DNA from: Bispira polyomma
Lineage: Eukaryota
DNA length: 64,000 bases
Direction of reading: 5' to 3'
NCBI GenBank assembly: GCA_965649765.1
Contig: OZ287756.1
Span: 17,422,001-17,486,000 of the forward strand
The position numbers and the translations under genes are program-made. This document shows, in pieces, positions 48,788 through 60,170 of the stretch. The notes beneath the pieces are model-generated. The model searched no databases, was not told the origin of the DNA, and worked only from the letters and a program-made list of their open reading frames with translations. Positions within the stretch are counted from its first letter, which is position 1. Each line of letters begins with the position of its first letter.

Positions 48788-51016
48788 CTATGAGGCCAAG
48801 AGCTCTGTATACGTGGTCCCAGTTGCGACCTGGTTGTCAGCAATAGTGATTAGTTGTAAAGGTTCACCTAAACCTATAGAGGCGGCCGCTTCCCTTGTTG
48901 TTGGTGTGGATAAGGATGTCGCAGACGCCATAGAGAGATTGTGAGGGGTGTCGATCTGTGATGGTAGTGTAAAGTCCATTGGTCCCCAAGTGTCTTGATC
49001 GAGGGCGGGGGACCTGGTCAGCGTTGCAGATTCAGTTGTCTGGGTTGACATCCCCGGTCTCTGTGATGCAGCATTGTCCCTGTGAAATATAAAATCAATA
49101 ATTACTAATAGGACTGAAGGTGGATAGGTGGAAAAGGTTGGACAAACATTAAACAGGTGGAAACATGTTGTAATTGTAATTAGACTTTTATATTACAACA
49201 TCTTCTTGGGGTTTTATCAATGTGGCCTCTATATAAAACTACACTGCAGTTGATGTTAATTGCTTACTTGCACCACTAATTTAGCAGCATTTTAATTCCT
49301 GCAACCGTTACAATATCCACACCATTTCAAACTATTTTATGACAGGTTATGAAATGCAAATTAGCCCAACAACTACAGACACAATGCATAAGGCCCATCC
49401 AATTTCATTGTATTTTGATACCTGCAACTGCAGCTCAACATTACATTAGCTTAGCACACCTACTCACTAATCAAAATATTGCTAACAGAAGAACACAAAC
49501 CATCATTGAAAGTTTAAATAAAATTAAAATTAAATTTAAGTACACACGTGTGCAGTAAAACCTCGATTGTCCAACCATATTGGGTAAATACTTTGTTAGT
49601 TCTGATTAGGGAAATCTCAATAAATGGCACATCTTAGGATAAACAAAAATGGGACTACGGCCAGGACTTAGTGAAATTAAATATTCGGATAATGGAAGTT
49701 CTACTGCATTTTACATTAGAAACATATAAATTAACTTACACATATTTGTCCAGCAGTTGAAGGACTTCCACGCTGTATTGCCAGAATGATCGGTCATCTA
49801 ACTGGCGACAGCTGTTGCCCAGCATGACCCTGAACTGCAACCTGGGGTCAGCAGACAGACCTTGCTGCTGGGCCAAGGTGTCGTACATCATCTTTTGGAG
49901 CCTAGCGGTCTGGTTGGACTGTTGTAGTATCTTCTCCATGATTTGCTGGTCCTCGGAATCTTTAGACACCCCTCGCCTTGGCCTCTTCAGGGTAGCACCT
50001 TGCGTTGGTGTGGGGTACGGGTTGACCCTTTGGGGGTTCCCTCAGGTATTTCCTGAGTCTCAGCCTCAGCATCTGGCCCAAACGCTTGTTCCTTGTCCAG
50101 GACCTTGGTGTCTGCCTCTGTTTGGGTGGAGGGTCCAGCGACTTCTCCCTCAATACAAGTCGACCTGATGACGTGCTCTCTGTTGTACTTCAGCTGTAAT
50201 TCAAAAGACAAATGCAGAGACATTTAAAAGAAGGAAACTAAAATTCATGAAGACATTTTTGCAGCATTTCAGCCTGGCCTTTAAAATCTGAAATATTTAA
50301 TGAGCATATTTCTCCTGCATTTCATCCTGGGGTTGCATCCAAATGGGAACCTTTTCAAATCAATTATGTTTACCTTCAACATTATCAATGTAAATGGAGT
50401 AATATTTCTGTAATGTAAACAAACAATATCTCCCCCACCATGGTCGGATAACCAAAGTCCTGCTTCACATGCACTGAAAATGTCCCAACAAGAGAACTAT
50501 CCCTTTTGGTATTTCAAAAATATATTTCACAACCTTATCTTAAATGCAGCAAAAGTTCTATTATCCGACTATTCCATTTCACGAACTCAAATTCATTTTC
50601 AAAAACTTATTTCTTGCTATTGTTCAATACTAAAATGTCCCTTCTATTTTACAGACCTTTTATCCAAACCAATTCTCACTCTCCCAATGTGGTCGGATAA
50701 TAGAAATTACACTGTATGCATGCTATTGACATTAGCAAAACAGGTTACTGTGACTAATTAATTATGACAGACATTGTTCAACAGCAATACATTATTGCAT
50801 GTCCTCTTTGTCATATATTATCTTCAGTTTACATAATTATTGTAAATATAAATCAAACTTACTGTCGTGTTCTTCCTCTTTTCCAATCTGGAAATCTGTC
50901 CAGAGAGGAGAGTACAGCGTTGTAAGATCCACTCTACCCTTTTGGTTGGCTTTCTGTACCCTGCCCCTGGCCTGAATGGCCTGAATTTTCTTAGTATTCC
51001 TCCTTCTCACCATCAT
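48788..51016 (-). pseudogene. Harbinger partner gene (MADF/Myb-BESS-type DNA-binding protein), multi-exon, degenerate
   Basis: Exons at ~51016-50862, ~50193-49740 and ~49079-48788 with GT/AG-like ends. BESS-like segment DPRLQFRVMLGNSCRQLDDRSFWQYSVEVLQLLDKY. A clear MADF domain was not found. Confidence 0.55.
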
Positions 51017-53048
51017 TACAAATCCAGAGTTATATATATATTTTAATATCAGAAAATGAATCCAGAAAAACCATCTACACTCATCAACTGCTAGATGTAC
51101 ACTACAATGCGTGACTTTGCATAGGCACACAATATATATGGAGAATCTTGCGTCAGCAGACGCGAGACATAATGTCGGCCAATGGGAGCTTGTGTCCAAT
51201 TAAGCACAATTTGCGAGAACTTGCATGTTCAAACGTAAGCTTGCGTGTCTTTGCGAGTCTGTATGTAAGAAACGTACAGCTGTGTGGGAGAACATAGACT
51301 GGCGAGTGTTAACGTGAGAAAATGCGACATGTAGCAACAGTTCGTGTCTTTCGGCGAGATCAAACGTACATCAAAGGCACGTCAATGTGGGAGTTACGCG
51401 TAGACCTTTTACATCAAAGAAACGACTTGCACGTGGCAATATAGTAACCGAATATTATATTTATAGTTTGACTAATAGACTCATCTAATGCCCCCGTCCC
51501 ACCGACTTACACGTAAGCAGTCGTTAGAAATTTGGTTCTACGTAAGGTTTGCGTGGTAGTTGCATGAACAAGCGTTACATACAGAGACATACATAAACTA
51601 GCGTGAGAGTTGACCCGCAAGAAATTTGTAATTTTAAACTGTTTGAAATTTGGACACGCACGAGCTGTAAAAACTGTGACATATTCAAACGTGAACTTTG
51701 ACGTAAGCATTACGTCTTTAAACGTCAAGAAACATCTGTATACGTCACAATGTATATATATACGTCATTGCTATGCAAGGCCACGGCCCCAATGCAAACA
51801 TACGCATTGCCACGTGCAAGTCGTTTCTTTGATGTAAAAGGTCTACGCGTAACTCCCACATTGACGTGCCTTTGATGTACGTTTGATCTCGCCGAAAGAC
51901 ACAAACTGTTGCTACATGTCGCATTTTCTCACGTTAACACTCGCCAGTCTATGTTCTCCCACACAGCTGTACGTTTCTTACATACAGACTCGCAAAGACA
52001 CGCAAGCTTACGTTTGAACATGCAAGTTCTCGCAAATTGTGCTTAATTGGACACAAGCTCCCATTGGCCCACATTATGTCTCGCGTCTGCTGACGCAAGA
52101 TTCTCCATATATATTGTGTGCCTATGCAAAGTCACGCATTGTAGTGTACATCTAGCAGTTGATGAGTGTAGATGGTTTTTCTGGATTCATTTTCTGATAT
52201 TAAAATATATATATAACTCTGGATTTGTAATGATGGTGAGAAGGAGGAATACTAAGAAAATTCAGGCCATTCAGGCCAGGGGCAGGGTACAGAAAGCCAA
52301 CCAAAAGGGTAGAGTGGATCTTACAACGCTGTACTCTCCTCTCTGGACAGATTTCCAGATTGGAAAAGAGGAAGAACACGACAGTAAGTTTGATTTATAT
52401 TTACAATAATTATGTAAACTGAAGATAATATATGACAAAGAGGACATGCAATAATGTATTGCTGTTGAACAATGTCTGTCATAATTAATTAGTCACAGTA
52501 ACCTGTTTTGCTAATGTCAATAGCATGCATACAGTGTAATTTCTATTATCCGACCACATTGGGAGAGTGAGAATTGGTTTGGATAAAAGGTCTGTAAAAT
52601 AGAAGGGACATTTTAGTATTGAACAATAGCAAGAAATAAGTTTTTGAAAATGAATTTGAGTTCGTGAAATGGAATAGTCGGATAATAGAACTTTTGCTGC
52701 ATTTAAGATAAGGTTGTGAAATATATTTTTGAAATACCAAAAGGGATAGTTCTCTTGTTGGGACATTTTCAGTGCATGTGCAGCAGGACTTTGGTTATCC
52801 GACCATGGTGGGGGAGATATTGTTTGTTTACATTACAGAAATATTACTCCATTTACATTGATAATGTTGAAGGTAAACATAATTGATTTGAAAAGGTTCC
52901 CATTTGGATGCAACCCCAGGATGAAATGCAGGAGAAATATGCTCATTAAATATTTCAGATTTTAAAGGCCAGGCTGAAATGCTGCAAAAATGTCTTCATG
53001 AATTTTAGTTTCCTTCTTTTAAATGTCTCTGCATTTGTCTTTTGAATT

Positions 53049-53257
53049 TGGTAAGCAGGACACCTTTAGGGGACTGCTACGTCAGTCCACACACTTTTAC
53101 TCTGCTACCTTAAATTCCATTAAGTTAGAACGACTTTTATTAAGCCATCTGTCCATCCCTACACTAGCCAATGAGAGGGCTCGAATGCTACCTTCTTCCC
53201 GCAAAAACATAAGCCACCATATTAAATTCCGAATTTGAAGGAACAACAAGTTCATTT
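53049..53257 (+). repeat. Ngaro repeat A1 (209 bp)
   Basis: Identical by inspection to 59035-59243. Confidence 0.92.
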
Positions 53258-53362
53258 AAAAAAAAAAAAAAAAAAAACTTTTATTTTACTTATTTACATC
53301 GAATTATATTTTATTTTTACATATTGTGTCGCACAGTTGGTGCTAAAGTGATATAGTGAATC

Positions 53363-54970
53363 ATGGGGAAAAATACAAAGGGTGCTTTACACAGTATTGT
53401 TAAACAAAAGAAGCCCACGACTCGAGCTACCAAAGTACTGAAGGTGACAAAGGACACAGTAGAACAGGTATCGACTTCTTTAAACGCTACTTCAGCAAAT
53501 CATGCTACGAATACTGGACAGGGTACACAGTCTTTGGCAGGTAACACTTGTTTTGACACGATCCCGCCTACTACCTCTGAGCAGGGCTCGAACGAGATGC
53601 TCTCCATATTAAGACGACTCGAGTCCTCCAACATATCACTGTCCCAGCGTATAGAAAGAGTGGAGGCTAGAACGGCAAATAACGGGCCCATAAGCAACTA
53701 CTCAGATAGCTTAGCGCTGGAAAGCCAGCACACAGTGATCCCGACTAACGGGTTAAGTGCTGTCCACACTCAACCGTTACTACAATCCACGTTGCCAAAC
53801 CATATTATGAACAGACACACAGCGATGTCGACGAACGGAATGGGGTTAGGTGCTGCTCACACTCAACCGTCACTACAATCCACGCTGCCGAATCCGCTTG
53901 CTAACCAGCACACGGCTATGCTTACTAATGGGATGGGATTAGGTGCTGTTCACACCCAACCGCCACTACGGAATACAGCGTCAGATTCCCTTGCTCCGCC
54001 TAACAGTGGTCTGGGGTTAAGTGCTGCTCACACACAACCGACAACACATTTAACGGCGCACACGCCTTCGGGTGTAGCGGGTATGTACAACCCCATGATC
54101 CAGCAACAGCCACAACCGTCTTTAACTACCCCTCACACTGTACAGACACCGGCTCACAACACGCTGACACTGCAGACAGGGATTGGCTTGCATCAGGCTC
54201 AGCAGATCCAGCAACGGCCGATTAATGCTCACGAGTATCAGAAGGACGGAATAGTGCCCAGTGTTGATGTTCTCAGGTCCATACCCAGTGTCCAATCTGC
54301 TGTCTCGCGCCAACTGGCCGAATACGAAGCATTGGCCCACAAACACTTGCTCCAAGGTAAGGTGAACTCGAGAACAAAGTCTGGTAGGTTTAACAGTACC
54401 GACGTCACGACGGGGGATGCTCAATTTCGGTGGCCGAATGAGGGATGGGTCGGGGGTACCGCCCGAAAACGTCCGACCTACGACGAACTCTCACTGCCGC
54501 AGTGGGCGGCAGGGCAAATCTCCAATGCTCTGCAAGTTCAAGACAACGCGCTTATGAGGAGCATGATGCTTCAGCTCGTATATGCTATGCGGGATGCCGC
54601 TTCATTACCATGGCCAGTGGTCAGGACAGCCTGGGCCCTCAACATGCAAGAGGTGGAGGAGGGTCGGCTGTCCTGGCAGGAAAATACGCAATGGGCATTG
54701 AACAGGCTTAATGCCTCTCAACTCGCGATGGCTAACAGTACACACAATGACAGTAACCGCACGACGCAAGGAGGGAGTTCGAACGAGGCCAAGGTGATCT
54801 GCAAAATGTTTAACACTGGTAAATGTTCACATAAATCAGACCACGGTAATTATAGACATAACTGCTGGTATTGCAATAAGGTGCTAGGTAAAGAACAAAG
54901 TCACCCGGAATTCAAATGCTACAGGGCTAATGCCAACAAACAGTCGGAAAATTCTGTGTCAAATAAATAG
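53363..54970 (+). CDS. Ngaro ORF1 (gag-like, C-terminal Cys/His zinc finger)
   Basis: 535 aa, intact. YDELSLPQW and CKMFNTGKC...HNCWYC...HPEFKC. Internal TNG..AVHTQP repeats. Confidence 0.85.
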   Translation: MGKNTKGALHSIVKQKKPTTRATKVLKVTKDTVEQVSTSLNATSANHATNTGQGTQSLAGNTCFDTIPPTTSEQGSNEMLSILRRLESSNISLSQRIERVEARTANNGPISNYSDSLALESQHTVIPTNGLSAVHTQPLLQSTLPNHIMNRHTAMSTNGMGLGAAHTQPSLQSTLPNPLANQHTAMLTNGMGLGAVHTQPPLRNTASDSLAPPNSGLGLSAAHTQPTTHLTAHTPSGVAGMYNPMIQQQPQPSLTTPHTVQTPAHNTLTLQTGIGLHQAQQIQQRPINAHEYQKDGIVPSVDVLRSIPSVQSAVSRQLAEYEALAHKHLLQGKVNSRTKSGRFNSTDVTTGDAQFRWPNEGWVGGTARKRPTYDELSLPQWAAGQISNALQVQDNALMRSMMLQLVYAMRDAASLPWPVVRTAWALNMQEVEEGRLSWQENTQWALNRLNASQLAMANSTHNDSNRTTQGGSSNEAKVICKMFNTGKCSHKSDHGNYRHNCWYCNKVLGKEQSHPEFKCYRANANKQSENSVSNK

Positions 54971-55015
54971 GTAAATTTTCAACTAGCAGAGTCACATGCC
55001 ATAAGTACTGAGTGT

Positions 55016-57814
55016 ATGAAGAAGGACAGAAAGAACAGTCATTTAATTGCTAATAAGGTAATAGAGAATGATAAGCAATTAATTGTCGATAAGAACAATT
55101 ACAAACATATTGAGACAGTAAATAATGCTAAAATTGATACAGTTGTTACCCAATCTGGGAATGATATGTCAAATTATTACAGAGTGATAAATGTCATTAA
55201 TGGAAATAATGTAAGTCATAATGTTCTTGTTCAAGGTTTTCCAGATATGGGCTATAATGTACACAACACAGATGTGTCACAAGCTGACCATAAGGGAAAT
55301 AGTGTGAGTCATAACGTTCTTGTACAAGGTTCTACAGGTAGGGGCCATAATGTACCCAGCACAGATGGGTCACAAGCAGAACATAAGAACACTGGTCAGT
55401 ACGTCAGATCTGATAGCGCTAAAGATCTAGAATATAACCAGGTATATATGAACAACAGCAGTAAAACATGTGAAGTAAGAATAGACATCACAAATTGGAA
55501 TTACATGAATAACAAGGGGGAATTTTCTTCTCCCATAGTATATATTCACAGTCATAACGGTTTCTTTAAAAATTTCTACTGTCAAATCTGGGATCAGGCT
55601 GCTGGTGTTCATTATTATGACCAAATCGAATTTAAACCTTCTGGTTTACTAACAATTTTAAATTCGTTTTCTGCACTGTTACAATATCAGGAATGTCAAG
55701 ACGTCCAGTATGGTATTGAATACAATTATGTTTCTGCAAAAGACAAACAACAAGCGAAGGACATTAAATTGTTCTATGACAGAGACATTACATGTTTGGA
55801 CAGATATAACATTGACTATACTACATATATGGAACAAATTATTGACTGCATGATTGATGACTGTAAAGGGACTGATAATAATACAGATAATGTAAATAAT
55901 GATGAATGTATAACAAGGAACAAGGAGACCGGCAACATGACCGGGAAAAATGAAACAGGTAAGAGTCGTCCGCTTTGTGATGTCATCACACATCCGACTT
56001 CTTCAGAATATTTTAGGGACATGCTTAAAATGGCCAATCTACCTGTTATCAGGAAAACTACTGACATTAACAATCCCAATAAGGTTGTAGGGTTCATAGC
56101 TCTGTCCCCCACAAATTTTGAGTTTATAGGTCCTGACAGGCAGGCAGTTACCATTAAGGATATTTCAGAAATTTCAAGGGTTGCTGAAATCATTAAGGAA
56201 ACAGGGCTTCCCAATTATAGACAGGCTAGGATACCTATCAACTCAGGTTTACATATCAAAGCATGGGAGAACTTATTACAGGAATATCCTGACCAGTTAT
56301 TAATTCAATACATTAAGTTTGGATTCCCTCTGTCTTTGACACAACCAGAGGGTATAAGAAATCATAAGGTAACTAATCATTTCTCAGCTTCTCAGTACCC
56401 TGATGCAGTAAGGCAATACTTGGAAAAGGAAACATCATTGGGGGCCATGTTGGGGCCTACTAGGGACATTCCGGACCCTCAATATAATTGTTCACCACTT
56501 CTTACTAGGCCAAAAGATATTACAAAGCGTCGAGTCATATTGAACCTTTCTTACCCAAAAGGGGCCTCGGTTAATGACTATGTTGACAGGGACAATTTTG
56601 ACGGAGTGGAATTTGTATTAAAGTTTCCAAACATAGATAACATTACAGAAGCAATTCGTAATACTGATGATCCGGTACTGTTTAAAATTGACGTGGCACG
56701 CGCGTTTCGAAACTTACGTGTTGACCCAGTCGACGCCATGAAACTAGGAATATTTTGGGACAATGTATACTATGTTGATCCGGCAATTGCGTTTGGCTGG
56801 GTCCACGGCAGCGCGGCCTTCCAGCGATGTACCGACGCAATAACCTCATTTATGGGTAACCATGGTTACCAAGTATTCGGATACATAGACGATTACATTT
56901 GCGTTGCTTCAAAAGAACATGCTCAAGCGGGTTTTGATATGCTATATGATATCATGATGAAACTAGTTTTACCTCTTAACGCGGATAAGCTTACTCCTCC
57001 CACTAAGAAACTTACGTGTCTCGGCATTGACTTTGACATTACAGCAGGCACCATTAGTATTCAGCTTGAGAAATTACAGGAAGTTCACAAAACATGCCTC
57101 GAAGTGCATAGTAAAAAATATATTTCTAGAACAAAATTTCAATCGCTCCTGGGCCAATTGCTTTATATTCATAAATGCGTCGTCCCTGCCAGGATATTCA
57201 TTAACAGATTATTAGCTGCTTTTAGAAATAATAGCATGAACAAAAGACTTAAGGTCAGCAATGAAATGCAAGCGGACATCCAATGGTTTATAACATTTTT
57301 GGAAAAATTCAATGGGATAACATATATACAAAAAGATATTATCTCACACGCAAACGAGTTGCATTTGGATGCTTGTCTCACCGGATTCGGGGGAGTATGG
57401 AATAATGAGGTATATGCCACCCCGTTCCATGATATTTTCAACGGCAAATTGACAATTGTTCATTTGGAAATGTTGAATATCATCATCGCATTAAAAATTT
57501 GGGCCGAACAGTGGAAACACCAGAAATTGAGCATCAACTGCGACAATATGGCTGTGGTTCTGGTAGTTGAATCACAGAAAACTAGAGACAAATTCTTAGC
57601 ACTTTGCTTAAGAAACATATGGCTAATTACAGCAGCTTATGATATTACGCTTGAGATTAAACACATTCCTGGGAAAAACAACATAATTGCTGATGCATTA
57701 TCTAGAATATATTCAGTAAGAGGCATTGACAATAATTTATTGCAATCAATTAGAGATAATAATGTTTGGAGGTCAGTCCCACTTGAATATTTTAACTTAA
57801 ACTTGACAATTTAA
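55016..57814 (+). CDS. Ngaro ORF2 (reverse transcriptase plus RNase H)
   Basis: RVILNLSYP, KIDVARAFR, FGWVHGS, YIDD, LDACLTGFG, HLEMLN, CDN, NIIADALSR. Confidence 0.92.
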   Translation: MKKDRKNSHLIANKVIENDKQLIVDKNNYKHIETVNNAKIDTVVTQSGNDMSNYYRVINVINGNNVSHNVLVQGFPDMGYNVHNTDVSQADHKGNSVSHNVLVQGSTGRGHNVPSTDGSQAEHKNTGQYVRSDSAKDLEYNQVYMNNSSKTCEVRIDITNWNYMNNKGEFSSPIVYIHSHNGFFKNFYCQIWDQAAGVHYYDQIEFKPSGLLTILNSFSALLQYQECQDVQYGIEYNYVSAKDKQQAKDIKLFYDRDITCLDRYNIDYTTYMEQIIDCMIDDCKGTDNNTDNVNNDECITRNKETGNMTGKNETGKSRPLCDVITHPTSSEYFRDMLKMANLPVIRKTTDINNPNKVVGFIALSPTNFEFIGPDRQAVTIKDISEISRVAEIIKETGLPNYRQARIPINSGLHIKAWENLLQEYPDQLLIQYIKFGFPLSLTQPEGIRNHKVTNHFSASQYPDAVRQYLEKETSLGAMLGPTRDIPDPQYNCSPLLTRPKDITKRRVILNLSYPKGASVNDYVDRDNFDGVEFVLKFPNIDNITEAIRNTDDPVLFKIDVARAFRNLRVDPVDAMKLGIFWDNVYYVDPAIAFGWVHGSAAFQRCTDAITSFMGNHGYQVFGYIDDYICVASKEHAQAGFDMLYDIMMKLVLPLNADKLTPPTKKLTCLGIDFDITAGTISIQLEKLQEVHKTCLEVHSKKYISRTKFQSLLGQLLYIHKCVVPARIFINRLLAAFRNNSMNKRLKVSNEMQADIQWFITFLEKFNGITYIQKDIISHANELHLDACLTGFGGVWNNEVYATPFHDIFNGKLTIVHLEMLNIIIALKIWAEQWKHQKLSINCDNMAVVLVVESQKTRDKFLALCLRNIWLITAAYDITLEIKHIPGKNNIIADALSRIYSVRGIDNNLLQSIRDNNVWRSVPLEYFNLNLTI

Positions 57815-57846
57815 TTTCAGGTTCTACACCAATTACACAGCAGCTT

Positions 57847-58797
57847 ATGGACACAGCATGGGACAGGATTAATACTGCTTTAAGACCAAAGTCTAATTCA
57901 GCATATGAAGGACAATTTAAAACATTTCTAGCTTTCTTACAGTTCTCAGGTATCCAACACATTACTATACATGCTGTAATTGCCTTTTTGGAGTATTTGG
58001 CACAAAATCTTTTATCTACTGGAGCCATAAAAAATTACATGGCTGCTCTTAGATTTATTGCGAATAAATATTCTTGGGACCTCTCTCCTTTCACGCACAA
58101 TTCAGTGTCTCTTTTCCTCAGGAGTTTATCTCACAATTCTACATTTAGACCCAAACCTAAGGGGATTTTTACTATTCAGCAATTACAGCAGATTTCAGCT
58201 ACATGTGAGATTTTGGATGACCCAATTTTATTTAGGGCAAATTTCTTGGTGGCTTTTTTCGGGTTTTTAAGGCTATCAAATATAGCTCCTCATTCTAGGG
58301 CAAGCTTTGATCCATCCAGACATTTCCTCAGACAAGATGTGCTTTTCGGTTATCCGGGAGCCCACATCATATTAAAGTGGGCGAAAAACTTACAAAATAG
58401 AACGGATACCCATATTATTCAAATTCCAGCCCTTCAGAACAAATTACTTTGTCCAGTAAGGGCTTTAATGGCTCTCCTCCAATCTAGGAAATTGATCAAT
58501 AGCCAACCTCTATTTGCACAGGGCAAGGCACCTTTTCACACAATAGTGGACTCACATGTTAGAACAGCACTGCAAACAGTTCTTTCGCACATTGGACTGC
58601 AATATACTTCCCATGGATTTCACACCTTCAGAAGGTCGGGAGCCACTTTCGCTTTTAACAATAATGTATCCCTTCAAAACATCATGTCCCATGGTCTTTG
58701 GAGATCTTCTGCCGTGTGGACCTATCTACAAAAAACCTCCCAAGCAGCTTCTGTGGTCCCTTTGACTTTTGCGGCCACCATCCCTTCTGTTTTCTAG
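57847..58797 (+). CDS. Ngaro ORF3 (tyrosine recombinase)
   Basis: FFGFLRLSN, LCPV, HTFRRSGAT, HGLWRSSAVWTY (R-HxxR-H/W-Y residues). Confidence 0.92.
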   Translation: MDTAWDRINTALRPKSNSAYEGQFKTFLAFLQFSGIQHITIHAVIAFLEYLAQNLLSTGAIKNYMAALRFIANKYSWDLSPFTHNSVSLFLRSLSHNSTFRPKPKGIFTIQQLQQISATCEILDDPILFRANFLVAFFGFLRLSNIAPHSRASFDPSRHFLRQDVLFGYPGAHIILKWAKNLQNRTDTHIIQIPALQNKLLCPVRALMALLQSRKLINSQPLFAQGKAPFHTIVDSHVRTALQTVLSHIGLQYTSHGFHTFRRSGATFAFNNNVSLQNIMSHGLWRSSAVWTYLQKTSQAASVVPLTFAATIPSVF

Positions 58798-58804
58798 TTT
58801 GGCT

Positions 58805-59243
58805 TGGGGCTAAAAATTTTACTTTTATTTTAAACATTTTTAAGCTTTTCTTATACTATGTTAAGGTCATATGTAAATATATATATACTAACATGTAAAA
58901 AATAAATACTCAAACTGAATCTGTTACTACCTTCTTCTCATATTTACAACATATTATGACCTTATAGATCGCAACTTGACCTTCAACAATCTTGACCTTT
59001 AATTTCAATTATATCCCTCCAATGATGGGGACTGTGGTAAGCAGGACACCTTTAGGGGACTGCTACGTCAGTCCACACACTTTTACTCTGCTACCTTAAA
59101 TTCCATTAAGTTAGAACGACTTTTATTAAGCCATCTGTCCATCCCTACACTAGCCAATGAGAGGGCTCGAATGCTACCTTCTTCCCGCAAAAACATAAGC
59201 CACCATATTAAATTCCGAATTTGAAGGAACAACAAGTTCATTT
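58805..59243 (+). repeat. Ngaro internal junction B1 (58805-59034) plus A2 (59035-59243)
   Basis: GGGGACTG|TGGTAAGC joins the element's right-end and left-end sequences. Confidence 0.92.
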
Positions 59244-59940
59244 TAAAAACCCACCTCCTCCCCTCACCCCAGCATAAGGTATAGGTAATGCGACTTATTT
59301 CCATTGCCGTCGGCCTTTCTGTGTGCATTCAGAATGAACACAGTTAAAGACGCGATTATAAGGTTGAGATGACTAGAAATTATTTATGTTTATTTAGCTG
59401 CCTCTCTGTGGGCATTTATGATGTACACATGGTAGAGACGCGATTATGTGTCAAGACAGGCATTATGGGTGACTAAACTGGACAAATGGTCGTACAGACT
59501 TTGATTTGACGGAGTTTAAGCCCCTTTTTATGGCTTAAAAGACAGGACGGACTACGCCAAGTTATGAGACATTTAAGGGTGTCTGTAAGGATAAATATAA
59601 AGTAGGTTATATGGGTATGAAAAGAAAGATCTTCAATGATCATTGTAACTAACACTGGCTGTTGCCTTGAATGAGCTATGAAGGATAATGTACCAATATG
59701 TAACTCGATATATGTGAAGTACCAGATATTCTTGTCATGTTCAATATGTATGGGCAAGCCCCTTTGTAAACCACTATAATATTATGTGGATGGTATATAT
59801 AATGCAAAGTTAATATGATAAAGGCTAATTTATGTGCAATGCAATATGATATAATATCAGCACATGTTATTGTAGTATTTTAGACGTAACTTTTTATATG
59901 TGGACTTTATTTAAAGTTAGTGATGATTATAGCTTCATTG

Positions 59941-60170
59941 TGGGGCTAAAAATTTTACTTTTATTTTAAACATTTTTAAGCTTTTCTTATACTATGTTAA
60001 GGTCATATGTAAATATATATATACTAACATGTAAAAAATAAATACTCAAACTGAATCTGTTACTACCTTCTTCTCATATTTACAACATATTATGACCTTA
60101 TAGATCGCAACTTGACCTTCAACAATCTTGACCTTTAATTTCAATTATATCCCTCCAATGATGGGGACTG
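59941..60170 (+). repeat. Ngaro repeat B2 (230 bp)
   Basis: Identical by inspection to 58805-59034. Confidence 0.92.

Larger units (their letters stand above)
46213..51440 (+). mobile_element. PIF/Harbinger transposon, left arm (right terminus missing; left boundary approximate)
   Basis: Convergent transposase and partner gene, ACGT-rich subterminal regions, inverted copy to the right. Confidence 0.88.
53049..60170 (+). mobile_element. Ngaro-type (DIRS order) tyrosine-recombinase retrotransposon, complete, 7122 bp
   Basis: Split direct repeats A1-ORFs-B1A2-B2, gag, RT/RH and YR ORFs. Boundaries are fixed by the empty site in the mirrored arm. No TSD. Confidence 0.95.

Noticed and set aside
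50480-52766. Paired small ORFs in the two palindrome arms as conserved genes
   Set aside because: Identity reflects the recent inverted duplication; most lie in introns or antisense.
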